A stretch of DNA of 64,000 bases, taken from contig CAWGJT010000005.1 in assembly GCA_963822965.1 (NCBI GenBank), positions 320,001 through 384,000 of the forward strand. Reading direction: 5' to 3'. Shown here piece after piece: positions 46,308 to 56,188 of this stretch. Position 1 is the stretch's first letter; each line of letters opens with the position of its first letter. The DNA comes from an uncultured delta proteobacterium. Lineage in GTDB: Bacteria > Myxococcota_A > UBA9160 > UBA4427. The notes under the pieces are model-generated. The model was not told the origin of the DNA, made no database searches, and was given only the letters and a program-made list of their open reading frames with translations. A program made the translations under genes and the position numbers.

Positions 46308-46484
46308 GCCGCCGCGTTCGACGCAACCGGAAGCTCACCGGCAACTCGTCGCGCACGCGCGACGGATCGATTCGGGAAAGAACGCGCGACCCGATGTGCA
46401 GCTCGCTCGCTCCACCCGCGCATCGTCGATGCGCGAGTGCGCAACGCGGCGAACACGAAGCCGTGCGAGACTCCGCCGACACGA

Positions 46485-46545
46485 TGTGACGCACTCCACG
46501 AAAAGCGCGAGTTTCGTTGACACCGGTCATCGCGACTGTCAGCAT
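46485..46545 (+). promoter_or_regulatory. putative sigma70 promoter with upstream CRP/FNR-like box
   Basis: TTGACA (46517)-17 bp-CAGCAT; TGTGA-N6-CCACG at 46485-46500. Confidence 0.4.
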
Positions 46546-46761
46546 CGTTCCCGATCCCGCGGACAGTTCCGCGGTAAGCGGAGCGACGGAGCAACGAACC
46601 ATCGGAGCACCGGGCAAGGCGGAGCACCCGGAGAGCACCGCAAGACGCTTCCCGACGTCCCCTCGACCCTTCGACACAGGATCGAGACACGACGCGAGAA
46701 ACGAACGCGCGAACGAACCCCGGAACACGCCGGACACGAGCCGGAAACGAGGCAGAAGAAG

Positions 46762-47016
46762 ATGACGGTGGAAGAGATCGCCTGGGAGTTCGCGGGCGTG
46801 TTCGACGAGCTCGATCCGAGCCAGATCAACGAGATGCTGGCGAAGAACGTCCCTCTCGACAGCCTCGCCTTCTTCACCGAGTACGCCGAGCACTTCGCCC
46901 AGATCGAGAAGATCGAAGGCGACACCCAGAAGCGGCTGCCGAACCTGATGCTCATCGGCTACCTGCTGCGCGTGCTCGAAGAGCGCCTGCTCGAGGACGA
47001 CGAAGCCGTCGGCTGA
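46762..47016 (+). CDS. small acidic hypothetical protein (start uncertain)
   Basis: Coding-like codon usage and a helical, natural-looking sequence. Confidence 0.7.
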   Translation: MTVEEIAWEFAGVFDELDPSQINEMLAKNVPLDSLAFFTEYAEHFAQIEKIEGDTQKRLPNLMLIGYLLRVLEERLLEDDEAVG

Positions 47017-47248
47017 CTTCGGTCGCGTTGGCACTTCGGCCGCGTCGGTCATGGCCGCACTTCGGCCGCGTCGGTCATGGCCGCACTTCGGCCGCGTCGG
47101 TCATGGCCGCACTTCGGCCGCGTCGGTCATGGCCGCACTTCGGCCGCGTCGGCCACAGCCGCACTTCGGCCGCGCGGGCCCCAGCCGTACTTCGGCCGCG
47201 TTGGTGCCTTCGGCCGCGTTGGCTACGGCCGTACCTTCGGCCGCGTCC
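47016..47248 (+). repeat. 26-bp tandem repeat array
   Basis: GCACTTCGGCCGCGTCGGTCATGGCC, 4 perfect copies at 47031-47134, flanked by degenerate copies sharing the CTTCGGCCGCG core. Confidence 0.95.
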
Positions 47249-47280
47249 GTCTCCGCCGTGGGCGTCCGCGGCGGGAGCAG

Positions 47281-47582
47281 TCCGACAGAGCCCCGACAGA
47301 ACGCGGACGAATGCGGGGCACGGCGGCGACGAACGTCGTCCACCGAGCCGACAGGAGCCGTCGGCATTCCCCGACACGGCTGCCACACGGCCACGACAGA
47401 ACCACGACAGAATGGCCGACAGAACCCGGACACCCGCCGGACATGGCGCCGACGAAGACGGGACAGAAGGCCCGACACGACGCCGACGGAACGACGGCGA
47501 AACGCGGGCTGATCCGGCCGGCTGCCACGACGAAGCCCGGACACAGACCGGATGCGGGCTCGACAGAACCCCCACAGAGCCC
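47281..47582 (+). repeat. degenerate ~11-bp-period array (consensus about CCGACAGAAnn)
   Basis: GAC at 47284, 47295, 47306, 47328, 47350, 47373, 47395, 47406, 47418, 47429, 47440, 47451, 47462, 47474, 47485, 47529, 47540 and 47562. Confidence 0.75.
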
Positions 47583-47614
47583 CGCGGCAGCGCCGCCGTC
47601 GGGAGCTCGGCGAA

Positions 47615-48207
47615 TCAGCCGGCTTCGGGGCGCCCGTAGCGCCGGACGAGCAGCGGCAGGTTCACGCCGTTCACCACCGCGTGGGCCACGATCGGCGCTA
47701 CCAGGTTGCCCGTCCACAGGAACAGCCCGCCGAACAGGAAGCCCGCCCCGACGGCGAAGACCGTCCAGGGCAGGAACTCGCGGCGGGGCACGAAGTGGAC
47801 GCAGCCGAAGAGCAGGCTGGCCAGCAGCCAGCCCACCCGGGGCTGCAGCGCCCCCCGGAAGAAGAGCTCCTCCGCGAAGCCGCTGGCCGCCGCGAGCAGC
47901 AGCGCGTCGGGCAGCGAGAGCGGACCCAGCGCCTCGGCCAGGGCGCGGGCCAGGGCGTCGCCCCAGCGGGTGACCCGGGTCGTCCAGTCCGAGAGACCGA
48001 TCAGGAGCCGCGCCGACCCCGGCGCCCAGCAGGCCGTCACGCAGCCAGGAGACGTCCTGGGGCGACGTCGCGTACCAGATGGACTCGCCGTAGAAGCCCA
48101 CCCGCCAGACGACGGCCGCGGCGGCCAGGGCCCCGTAGAAGACGAGCCCCAGCCGGACGAAGCCCGGGCCGGGGGACTCTCCGGCCCGGGACGCCGCGCC
48201 TCGGCAT
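47615..48207 (-). CDS. CPBP (CAAX/Abi) intramembrane metalloprotease, frameshifted; start uncertain
   Basis: EELFFRG, FGCVH and HAVVN. The N-terminal TM segments are in another frame. Confidence 0.82.
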
Positions 48208-48410
48208 CCTCCGGCTCCGGCGCTCCGTCGAACGGCTCGGTCGGCCCCACCCTGCTCTCCTTTACTCTCCGGACCCCTCGGATACTCTCCGGACCCCTCG
48301 GACTCGCCCTCTCGAACCCCTCGGACTCGCCGAGCCCCTCGGAGACTCCCCGCTCCTCGGGCGCTCGGCTGCCCTCCGGCGCCGTCAGCGGCCCGGCACA
48401 CGGGGGTTCG

Positions 48411-48439
48411 TTGACCCTTCCACGCGGGGAGAGTAGATT
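48411..48439 (+). promoter_or_regulatory. sigma70-type promoter of greA
   Basis: TTGACC-17 bp-TAGATT. Confidence 0.7.
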
Positions 48440-48449
48440 CCCAGGGTCA

Positions 48450-48481
48450 CGGCGTCCCCCAGGGGCGTCGAGTTTCAATTT
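48450..48481 (+). terminator. imperfect intrinsic terminator-like hairpin in the greA leader
   Basis: CGGCGTCCC-CCA-GGGGCGTCG (two G-U pairs) followed by AGTTTCAATTT. Confidence 0.45.
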
Positions 48482-48529
48482 CAGGATTCCACCTGCAGAG
48501 CCCCCCTGCAGAACGGGGACTGTAACGCC

Positions 48530-49009
48530 ATGGCAGCAGAACGAGTCCCGATGACCGCTCAGGGCTACGAGCAGCTGAAGCAGGATCTCAAGCTGCTCAA
48601 GACCGTCGAGCGCCCAAGAACGTCAAGGAGATCGAGGAGGCCATCGCCCACGGCGACCTCTCCGAGAACGCCGAGTACCACGCCGCCAAGGAGCGCCAGG
48701 GCCATCTCGAGGCCCGGATCTCGATGCTCGAGGATCGCCTGGCCCGCGCCCAGGTGATCGACGTGTCCGGGCAGGCCCGGACCAGATCCGCTTCGGCTGC
48801 ACGGTGCGACTCGAGGACATCGAGACGGCGAGGAGGTCCGATACACCATCGTCGGCGAGGACGAGGCGGACGCCGCCTCGGGCCGCATCTCCGTCAAGTC
48901 GCCGGTGGCCCGGGCGCTGATGGGCAAGCAGGTGGACGATACCGTGTCCGTGGTGGTCCCGAAGGGGAAGCGCCAGCTCGACATCCTCGAGATCCTCATC
49001 GAGTCCTGA
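48530..49009 (+). CDS. greA: transcription elongation factor GreA (several frameshifts)
   Basis: [35 protein letters not shown] and [14 protein letters not shown]. Confidence 0.93.
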
Positions 49010-49044
49010 CGGGCGAGGTTCGCGGCTAGAATCCTCCGCCTCAT

Positions 49045-49120
49045 TCCTCGGTAGCTCAGTTGGTAGAGCAGGCGGCTGTTAACCGCCGGGTCGCAGGTTC
49101 AAGTCCTGCCCGGGGAGCCA
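49045..49120 (+). tRNA. tRNA-Asn(GTT)
   Basis: TCCTCGG/CCGGGGA acceptor stem, GCGG-CT-GTT-AA-CCGC anticodon arm, GGTTCAAGTCC and CCA. Confidence 0.97.
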
Positions 49121-49350
49121 GATCCTCGCGGCCGTGAGTCCCAGGGCTCACGGCCGCGTCCACTTCCGCCGATCGACCCGCGAGCACGGACGCGAGAGCG
49201 CCAGGGCGAGATCGCCGAAGGAAGACATCGATGACGGGTTCTCCCCCCGCACGGGAGCGCGGCTCACGATGCTCGCCCCGTGAGCCGAAGCACCCGGAAT
49301 CGACCGCGCGCTTCCGTTAGGATCCCGCGATCCCACGGGCAGGGGGGGAA

Positions 49351-49964
49351 ATGGCCAGCCATCAGACCGTTCCTCACGACCGCGACGCGGCGTGCCTCCG
49401 GGCGGCGTCTCGCCGCCCTCTTGTGTCCTGGCGAGCCCGCTCGGCGCCGGCCTCGCCGCTTCGCCCGCCCGGGCGGAGCCGGCCTGGGTGCGGGGCGGCA
49501 TCCGGCTCAACCTGCGAACCGACGCCGGCACCCAGTACCGGATCATCGGCGGCGTCGAGACGGGAGACGCGGTGGAGATCCTGGGCCGCACGGAAGACTG
49601 GACGAAGGTGCAGCAACGCCGAGGGCAAGGTCGGCTGGATTCCCGAAGGCTACCTGCAGTCGGAGCCCCCGCCCGCCGTGCGCCTGTCCCAGCTCGAGGA
49701 CGAGGTGACGAGCCTGCGCGCGCAGCTCGAGACGAGCAACGCCACGGCCGCCGAGCTCGAGAGCACCAACGAGACCCTGGCCTCGCGCGACGCCGGCCAG
49801 CGCGCCGAGGTCGACCGCCTGAAGGTGGAGAACACCGAGCTGCGCGCGAGCAAGCGCTGGCCCGAATGGATCACCGGCGCGTCGGTGCTGGCGGCGGGCA
49901 TGCTGCTCGGCGCCATCCTGCACCGGAACGCGACGCGACGTCCGGGTCCCGCATCCGGCTCTGA
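49351..49964 (+). CDS. SH3-domain / coiled-coil / C-terminal TM protein (YgiM, TIGR04211-like), frameshifted
   Basis: LNLRTDAGTQYRII, WTKV, EGKVGWI, a coiled coil, then WITGASVLAAGMLLG. Confidence 0.75.
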
Positions 49965-50055
49965 TCGCGCCGGGGCTTCGGCCGCGCGGGCTGACCCGGT
50001 GTGTCGGCCGCGCGGGCAGCGCTCAGGATCCGAGCTCAGGATCCGAGGCCGGTCC

Positions 50056-51414
50056 TCAGGACCCGAGAAAGTCGCTGAGCTTGTTGGCGAGATCGGTCGT
50101 CGTGATGAGCAGCACCCGGTCGCCCGCCTCGACGCGGTCCGGTCCCTTCGGCACCACGAGACGCTCTCCGCGGCGCAGCGCCGCCACCAGCACGCCGCGC
50201 GGCAGCCCCAGCCTGGCGAGCGGGCCCGAGGTGAGGCGGCTGTCGGCCGCGGCCTCGATCTCCATGATCTCCACCTGGTCGTCGAGCAGCGCCGCGCCCG
50301 AGCGTACGCTGCGGCCGCGGATGATCTGCAGGGTGAGACCGATGGTGAGCGAGCGGGGGCTGATGATCGCGTCGATCGTGCTCTCGCCCACCAGCCCCAC
50401 GAGCGCCGGGTTGTCGACCAGCGCGAACGCCCGTCCGGCGCCGAGCCGCTTCGCCAGCAGGCAGGCGACGAGGTTCGTCTCGTGGTCGTCGGTGACGGCG
50501 ACGAAGGTGGAGACCCGCTCGATCTCCTCGTCCTCGAGCAGGGCCTGGTCGGTGACCCGTCCGTTGATCACCAGGGCGCTCTCCAGCTCCTCGGCGGCGC
50601 GCCGGGCCTTGTCGGCCGCCGGCTCCACCACCGTCACGCGCACGTCCCGCGATTCCAGGCGACGGGCCAGGGCGAGCCCGATGCTGCTGGCGCCCGCCAC
50701 CATCACCCGGGTGCGCTGCTCGTCCGAGACGCCCACCAGGGACAGCACGTCCTTCAGCTCGAAGCGCTCGATCGCGAAGTAGACGAGATCGCCCGCCTCG
50801 ATCACCTCGGTTCCGCCGGGAATCAGCCAGCGGTCGCCGCGGTGGATGGCCACCGCGAGGGTGGGCGTCGCGGCGAAGAGCAGCTGCATGTCCGAGACCC
50901 GCAGGCCGGCGAAGTCCGAATCGGCGGCGATCTGGAAGCCTGCCACCAGCAGGTCGCCGCCCATGAAGCTGACCACGTCGATCGCCCCCGGCACCTCGAG
51001 CAGGGTGGCGATGCGCTCCACCGCCGCGGCGCTGGGATTCACGCTCACGCGCTGGTCGCTGTCGTCCCCGCCGAGGAGGCGGAAGCCCTCCTCGTGACCC
51101 TCCTCGTGGATGCGCACCACGAGTCGGGGCACGTGGAAGACGCGCGAGGCCAGCATCCCCGCGACCAGATTGGTCTCGTCGGACTCGGTCGAGGCGACCA
51201 GCAGCCCGGCGGTGGCCGCGCCCGCCTGGCGCAGCATCTCCACCGTGGCGCCGTTGCCCTCGATCACGTGCACGTCCAGGGTCTCGGAGAGCTCGCGCAC
51301 CTTGTCCGGGTCGCTCTCGACGAGCGCGACGTCGCGGCCGTCGGCGGCCAGCCGCGCCGCCAGGGTCTGCCCCACGAGCCCGCCGCCGACGATCACGATG
51401 TTGCTGCGCGCCAT
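50056..51414 (-). CDS. trkA: Trk potassium uptake regulatory subunit (two RCK domains)
   Basis: IVGGGLVG, EGNG, DETNLV twice and IEAGD. Confidence 0.92.
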   Translation of the reverse strand: MARSNIVIVGGGLVGQTLAARLAADGRDVALVESDPDKVRELSETLDVHVIEGNGATVEMLRQAGAATAGLLVASTESDETNLVAGMLASRVFHVPRLVVRIHEEGHEEGFRLLGGDDSDQRVSVNPSAAAVERIATLLEVPGAIDVVSFMGGDLLVAGFQIAADSDFAGLRVSDMQLLFAATPTLAVAIHRGDRWLIPGGTEVIEAGDLVYFAIERFELKDVLSLVGVSDEQRTRVMVAGASSIGLALARRLESRDVRVTVVEPAADKARRAAEELESALVINGRVTDQALLEDEEIERVSTFVAVTDDHETNLVACLLAKRLGAGRAFALVDNPALVGLVGESTIDAIISPRSLTIGLTLQIIRGRSVRSGAALLDDQVEIMEIEAAADSRLTSGPLARLGLPRGVLVAALRRGERLVVPKGPDRVEAGDRVLLITTTDLANKLSDFLGS

Positions 51415-51593
51415 CCGGTCCTCCTGGCCGCCGGGAGGTTACGGCCTGGCGCCCGGAACTGAAAGCCGGGGCGCCCCGCGGCCCCGGGGCAGCGCCCTCC
51501 GCGGTTCTGCGCGAACATCGTGGGCCGACCGCGGGTCGTCGGCCTCCCTCGAGCGCTGGCATCTCCGAAGACCGTCGAGCGACCGATCCAGCG

Positions 51594-53544
51594 ATGGCAA
51601 GCGCCCCCGACGACAGCGAGCTGCAGGGTCTCGGCCACCTCGGCGACGGGAGCGAGGACGATCGCCTGCGCCTGCGGCTGATCTTCCGCATCCTGCTGCG
51701 CTGCCTGTCCCTGCTGCGTCCCGTGCGCGGGCACGTGATCGCCCTCTTCGCCGGCTTCTCGACGATCGCGCTGCTGCTGCTGCCGATCGTCGTGATCTTC
51801 ATCGACACCCTCTGGACCCGGGTCCTGCAGGGCAACCCGATGCTCGACATCGAGGCGCGGTTCTTCGCGGTGCCCGTGCACCTGGCGACCGACGCGGCAG
51901 GCTTCACCGGCGAGCTGCGCCGCCTGGTGGCCGAACGGCTCATCTGGATGGGCGCGACGGTGGCGGCGGTGGTCACGCCGTTGGTCGCCGGGCTGTACTA
52001 CTACCAGGTGTGGATCCTGCAGCGGGTGAACCAGACCCTTCGGGTCGGGCTCCTCACCCACCTCCAGACCCTCTCCCTGCGCTTCCACGCGGACAACACC
52101 GTGGGCGACGCCGTGTACCGGCTCAACCAGGACAGCGCGATGGTGACCCAGCTGATCCAGGTGCTGGTGCTCACCCCCTTCACCGCCATTCCCCAGTTCT
52201 TCTACTCCGCCGTGGTGGTGACGGCCTTCGCGCCGAAGCTCGCTCTCATCCTGCTCTCGGTGTGGATTCCGAGCCTGGCGGCCGGCGCCTGGTTCTCGCG
52301 GCGGCTGCGCACCCGCTTCCGCCGGGCCCGGGAGGCCAACGCCGACCTCACGTCGCGCATCCAGGAGACCCTGGCCGGGATCCGGATCATCAAGGCCTAC
52401 GGAGCCGAGCGGAAGGAAGAGGCCGCCTTCACCCGGAGCAGCCACGAGGCCTTCGACGCGGCCTTCGACTCGCGCAATCTCTACGCCGTCTACCACACGG
52501 TGATGTTCTGGATCTTCGGCACCTTCGTGCTCGTGCTGACGGCCCTCGGCACCCTGGAGGTGATGCGGGGAACCGCGCTGGCGGCGGCGGCCGCCGGCTT
52601 CACGGTGTGGAACCTCGGCTTGTACAACTTCTTCAAGGCGCGCCTGGGAAGCGCGAGCGAGTCCCTGAAGGACGTCTTCAAGACCTGGGGACGCGCCCAG
52701 GACATCGCCATCGGTCTGGACCGGGTCTTCGAGGTGCTCGACCGGCGGCCCGAGGTGGAGGACGCGCCGGACGCCGTCCCCCTGGAAGGCGTACACCGGT
52801 CGATCCGATTCGAAGGCGTCGGATTCGGCTACCAGAGCGATCGACCGGTGCTGCACGACGTCGACCTCGAGGCGACCGTCGGCACGATCACCGCCGTCGT
52901 CGGTCCCACGGGCTCGGGCAAGAGCACCCTGATGGCGCTGCTGCTGCGCCTCTTCGACCCCAGCCAGGGGCGCATCGAGATCGACGGCGTGGACCTGCGG
53001 CGCTTCCAGACCGCCAGCGTGCGCGATCAGGTCTCCATCGCCCTGCAGGAGAACGTGCTCTTCGGCAGCAGCGTGCGCGACAACATCCGCTTCGCGGTGC
53101 ACGGACGCCAGCGACGAGCAGGTACGCGCCGCGGCCCGGGTGGCCGGCGCCGACGACTTCATCGAGGCCCTGCCCGACGGCTACGACACCGTGCTCGGCG
53201 AGCGCGGCTCGAAGCTCTCGACGGGCCAGCGGCAGCGTCTGTCCATCGCGCGGGCGGTCCTGAAGGACACGCCCATCCTGATCCTCGACGAGCCGACCGC
53301 GGCCCTCGACGCCGCCACCGAGCAGCGCGTGCTCCGGAGCCTGGCGGAGTGGGGCCGCGGACGGGCGATCTTCCTCATCACCCACCGCCTCTCGACCATC
53401 CGGCAGGCCGATCAGATCGCCTTCCTGAAGGACGGCACGGTGCTCGAGCGGGGCAGCCACGAAGCGCTGATGGCGCGGCCGGGCAGCGCCTACCGCGCCC
53501 TGGTCGAGGCGGAGCAGGTCGCCGCCGCTCGGGGTGCCGCATGA
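51594..53544 (+). CDS. type IV ABC exporter subunit 1 (TMD+NBD), frameshift near 53100
   Basis: GPTGSGKST, LSTGQRQR, ILDEPT and ITHRL. Confidence 0.88.
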
Positions 53545-55536
53545 GCGCCGCCGCCACGCCCCGCGCCCGCGCCATGGAGGAGAGCGAGATCCTCGACACC
53601 CGCGAAACCATTGCGGGTGATCGTGCGCGCCATCCGCTACGTCGCCCCCTTCCGCTCGCGCTTCCTGGTGAAGCTGGGCCTGCTGCTCCTGAGCCTCATC
53701 CCGATGCTGATGCTGCCCTGGCCGGTGAAGATCATCATCGACCACGTGATCGAGGGTCGGCCGGTGGACGATCCCATCCGTCCCTATCCGGCGCTGCTGC
53801 AGCCCGCGATGGACCTGCTGGCGGGCCACTCCCCGGCGGAGATCCTGTTCATCACCATCGCCTTCCAGATCCTGCTCTTCCTCGTGATCGGCGCCTTCGG
53901 CGCGGCGGGCTCGGAGGGCGAGAACGCCGAGGCCTATCTCGCCAGCGGCTACGACACCGCGAGCCGCACCGAGAACGAGGCCAACCTGGGCTTCAGCCTG
54001 GCGGGAGGCCTGCTCGGCCTCTTCGACTTCCGCTGGACGATGCGCCTCACCCAGGCCCTGAACCACCACTACCGCACGCGACTCTTCGAGCGCATCCAGA
54101 CCCTGCCGATGACCGCGTTCGACGACGAGCGCATCGGCGACGCGGTGTACCGCGTGATGTACGACACCCCGGCCATCACCAACGCCTGCTATCGCATCCT
54201 GCTCACGCCGATCACGACGCCGCTGCACATCCTGCTGACCGTGGCCATCCTGACGTTCTTCTTCGGCGACCAGCCCCTGCTGATCGGCTCCGCCCTGGCC
54301 TTCCTGCCCCTGGCCCTGCTGGCCAGCCTGCCCCTGGCGGGCGCCATGCGCCGGGACAGCGGTCGCAGCCGCAAGGCTGGCGCCACCGCCACCGCCACCG
54401 CCGAGGAGGGCATGAGCAACATCCTGGCGGTGCAGAGCCTCGGCGGCGAGGACCGCCAGCGCGACCGGTACGAGAAGGACAGCTGGACGTCCTTCAGCCG
54501 CTACCGGGCGGTCTTCCGACTCACCCTCTACGCCACGGTGATCGGCGCCGTCCCGGGCTTCTTCCTCATCGGCTACGCGTTCCTCCACGCCGTCGACCTG
54601 GTGATCGCGAAGCAGATCAGCGTCGGCGACTTCGGCCTGCTCACCACCTACTTCTTCCACGTGCTCGTCTCCGCGGTCACGCTCGGCGGCCTGTGGTTCA
54701 ACCTTCAGGGCTCGGCGGCGGGCCTGCACCGGGTCTTCTTCCTGATGGACCTGCCGGGCGAGGCGGACGACCCGTCGCTTCCGGAGCTGCCGACCATCCG
54801 CCGGGGGCTCGAGATGGAGGGCGTGGAATACGGCTATCCCGACGGGACGCGGGCGCTGCGCGGTGTGAGCCTGTCGGCCCGCGTCGGCGAGATGATCGCG
54901 TTCGTCGGCCCGGCCGGGGCGGGCAAGACGACCCTCGCCTACCTGATCCCGCGCTTCGTCGCCCCGGACCGCGGCCGCGTGCTCGTCGACGGCCACGACG
55001 TGTCCCGGGTGAGCCTCGACTCCCTGCGCCGCCAGATCGCCTTCGTGTTCCAGGAGACTGTCCTCTTCGACGCCACCGTGGCCGAGAACATCCGCATGGG
55101 ACGGCCGGACGCCTCGGACGAGGCGGTGCGCGAGGCGGCGCGGCTCGCCGGCGCGGCGGAGTTCATCGATCAGCTGCCCCAGGGCTACGAGACGCCCCTC
55201 GGACGCGCGGGCGGCAAGCTCTCGGTGGGCCAGAAGCAGCGGCTCTCCCTGGCCCGGGCGCTGGTGCGCGACGCCCGCATCCTGATCCTCGACGAGCCCA
55301 CGTCGGCCCTCGACCCGGAGACGGAGGCCCGCTTCGTGGCCACCCTGCGCGAGGTGAGCCGGGACCGGCTCGTCGTCGTGATCGCGCACCGGCTCTCCAC
55401 CGTGCGTGCTTCGGACGAGATCCTCTTCCTCGACGGGGGCGAGATCGTCGAGCGCGGAAGCCACGCGCAGCTGCTCGAGCGCCCGAACGGCGCCTACCGT
55501 CGCTTCGTCGAGATGCAGAGCGGCCTGGCGGAGTGA
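53541..55536 (+). CDS. type IV ABC exporter subunit 2 (TMD+NBD), frameshift near 53610
   Basis: GPAGAGKTT, LSVGQKQR, ILDEPT and IAHRL. ATGA overlap with subunit 1. Confidence 0.9.
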
Positions 55537-55596
55537 GCGCCGGGAGCCGTCGGGCCCCGGGCGCCGGCGATCAGAGCCGCGTGTCCATCTCTGCGG

Positions 55597-56061
55597 TCAG
55601 AGCCGCGCGTACATACCGGCGAGGACGACGCCGGCGCTCGCGAGCCCGGTGAGCGCGCCGATCACACCGGTCCAGCCCGCGCGGCGGTGCCAGCGGACCG
55701 TCGACTCCGGCGCCGGCGGATCCGCGGGATCGCGCGTCACGTTGCGGCTGCCGCGCATGCGCCGCGCCCGGGTGAGAGCCACCGTACCGGCGACCAGCAT
55801 GGCGAGCACGCAGGTCTCGTGGAGCCGCAGGGTTTGGACGTGGAAGGCCCTCCAGACGGAGAGGTCCTCGCGGCCGAGGAAGGCGAGCTTGAGGCCGTAG
55901 GAGACGAGGAACGCCGCCACCAGCCAGGCACCCGCCAGCATGGCCCGTCGATGCCGGACCACGTCGCCGCGCCGGATGTACGCGACCCCGCGAATGACCA
56001 GCCCCGCGATCACGCCGAGGTTCACGAAAGCCGCCGTCCAGTAGAGAACCTTCGGGTCCAT
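55597..56061 (-). CDS. DUF420-like membrane protein
   Basis: IRRGDVVRHRRAM, FLVSY, LHE and HRRAG; 4 TM helices. Confidence 0.8.
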   Translation of the reverse strand: MDPKVLYWTAAFVNLGVIAGLVIRGVAYIRRGDVVRHRRAMLAGAWLVAAFLVSYGLKLAFLGREDLSVWRAFHVQTLRLHETCVLAMLVAGTVALTRARRMRGSRNVTRDPADPPAPESTVRWHRRAGWTGVIGALTGLASAGVVLAGMYARL

Positions 56062-56188
56062 GGCGTCTCCGACTCTACGAACCCACGACTCTAGGACACG
56101 ATCTGCGGCGCCGAGCCCCCGGCGAGGAAGGGCGGAGAAGGTCGGGAAACGGCGGAATCCAGGCGGGATTCAGGCGGCGAAGCAGGAC

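Noticed and set aside
47016..47248. CRISPR array
   Set aside because: The units are contiguous with no unique spacers, and no cas genes are in the window.
47028..47973. repeat-protein ORFs across the 47-kb arrays
   Set aside because: All frames are open only because the 26-bp unit lacks stops. The period is not a multiple of 3 and there is no coding bias.
48262..48350. ACTCTCCGGACCCCTCGG-type repeats, and CCGTCTCCGTCGGCT repeats at 34633-34686, as regulator sites
   Set aside because: Two to four short pyrimidine-rich copies consistent with slippage; no independent support for function.
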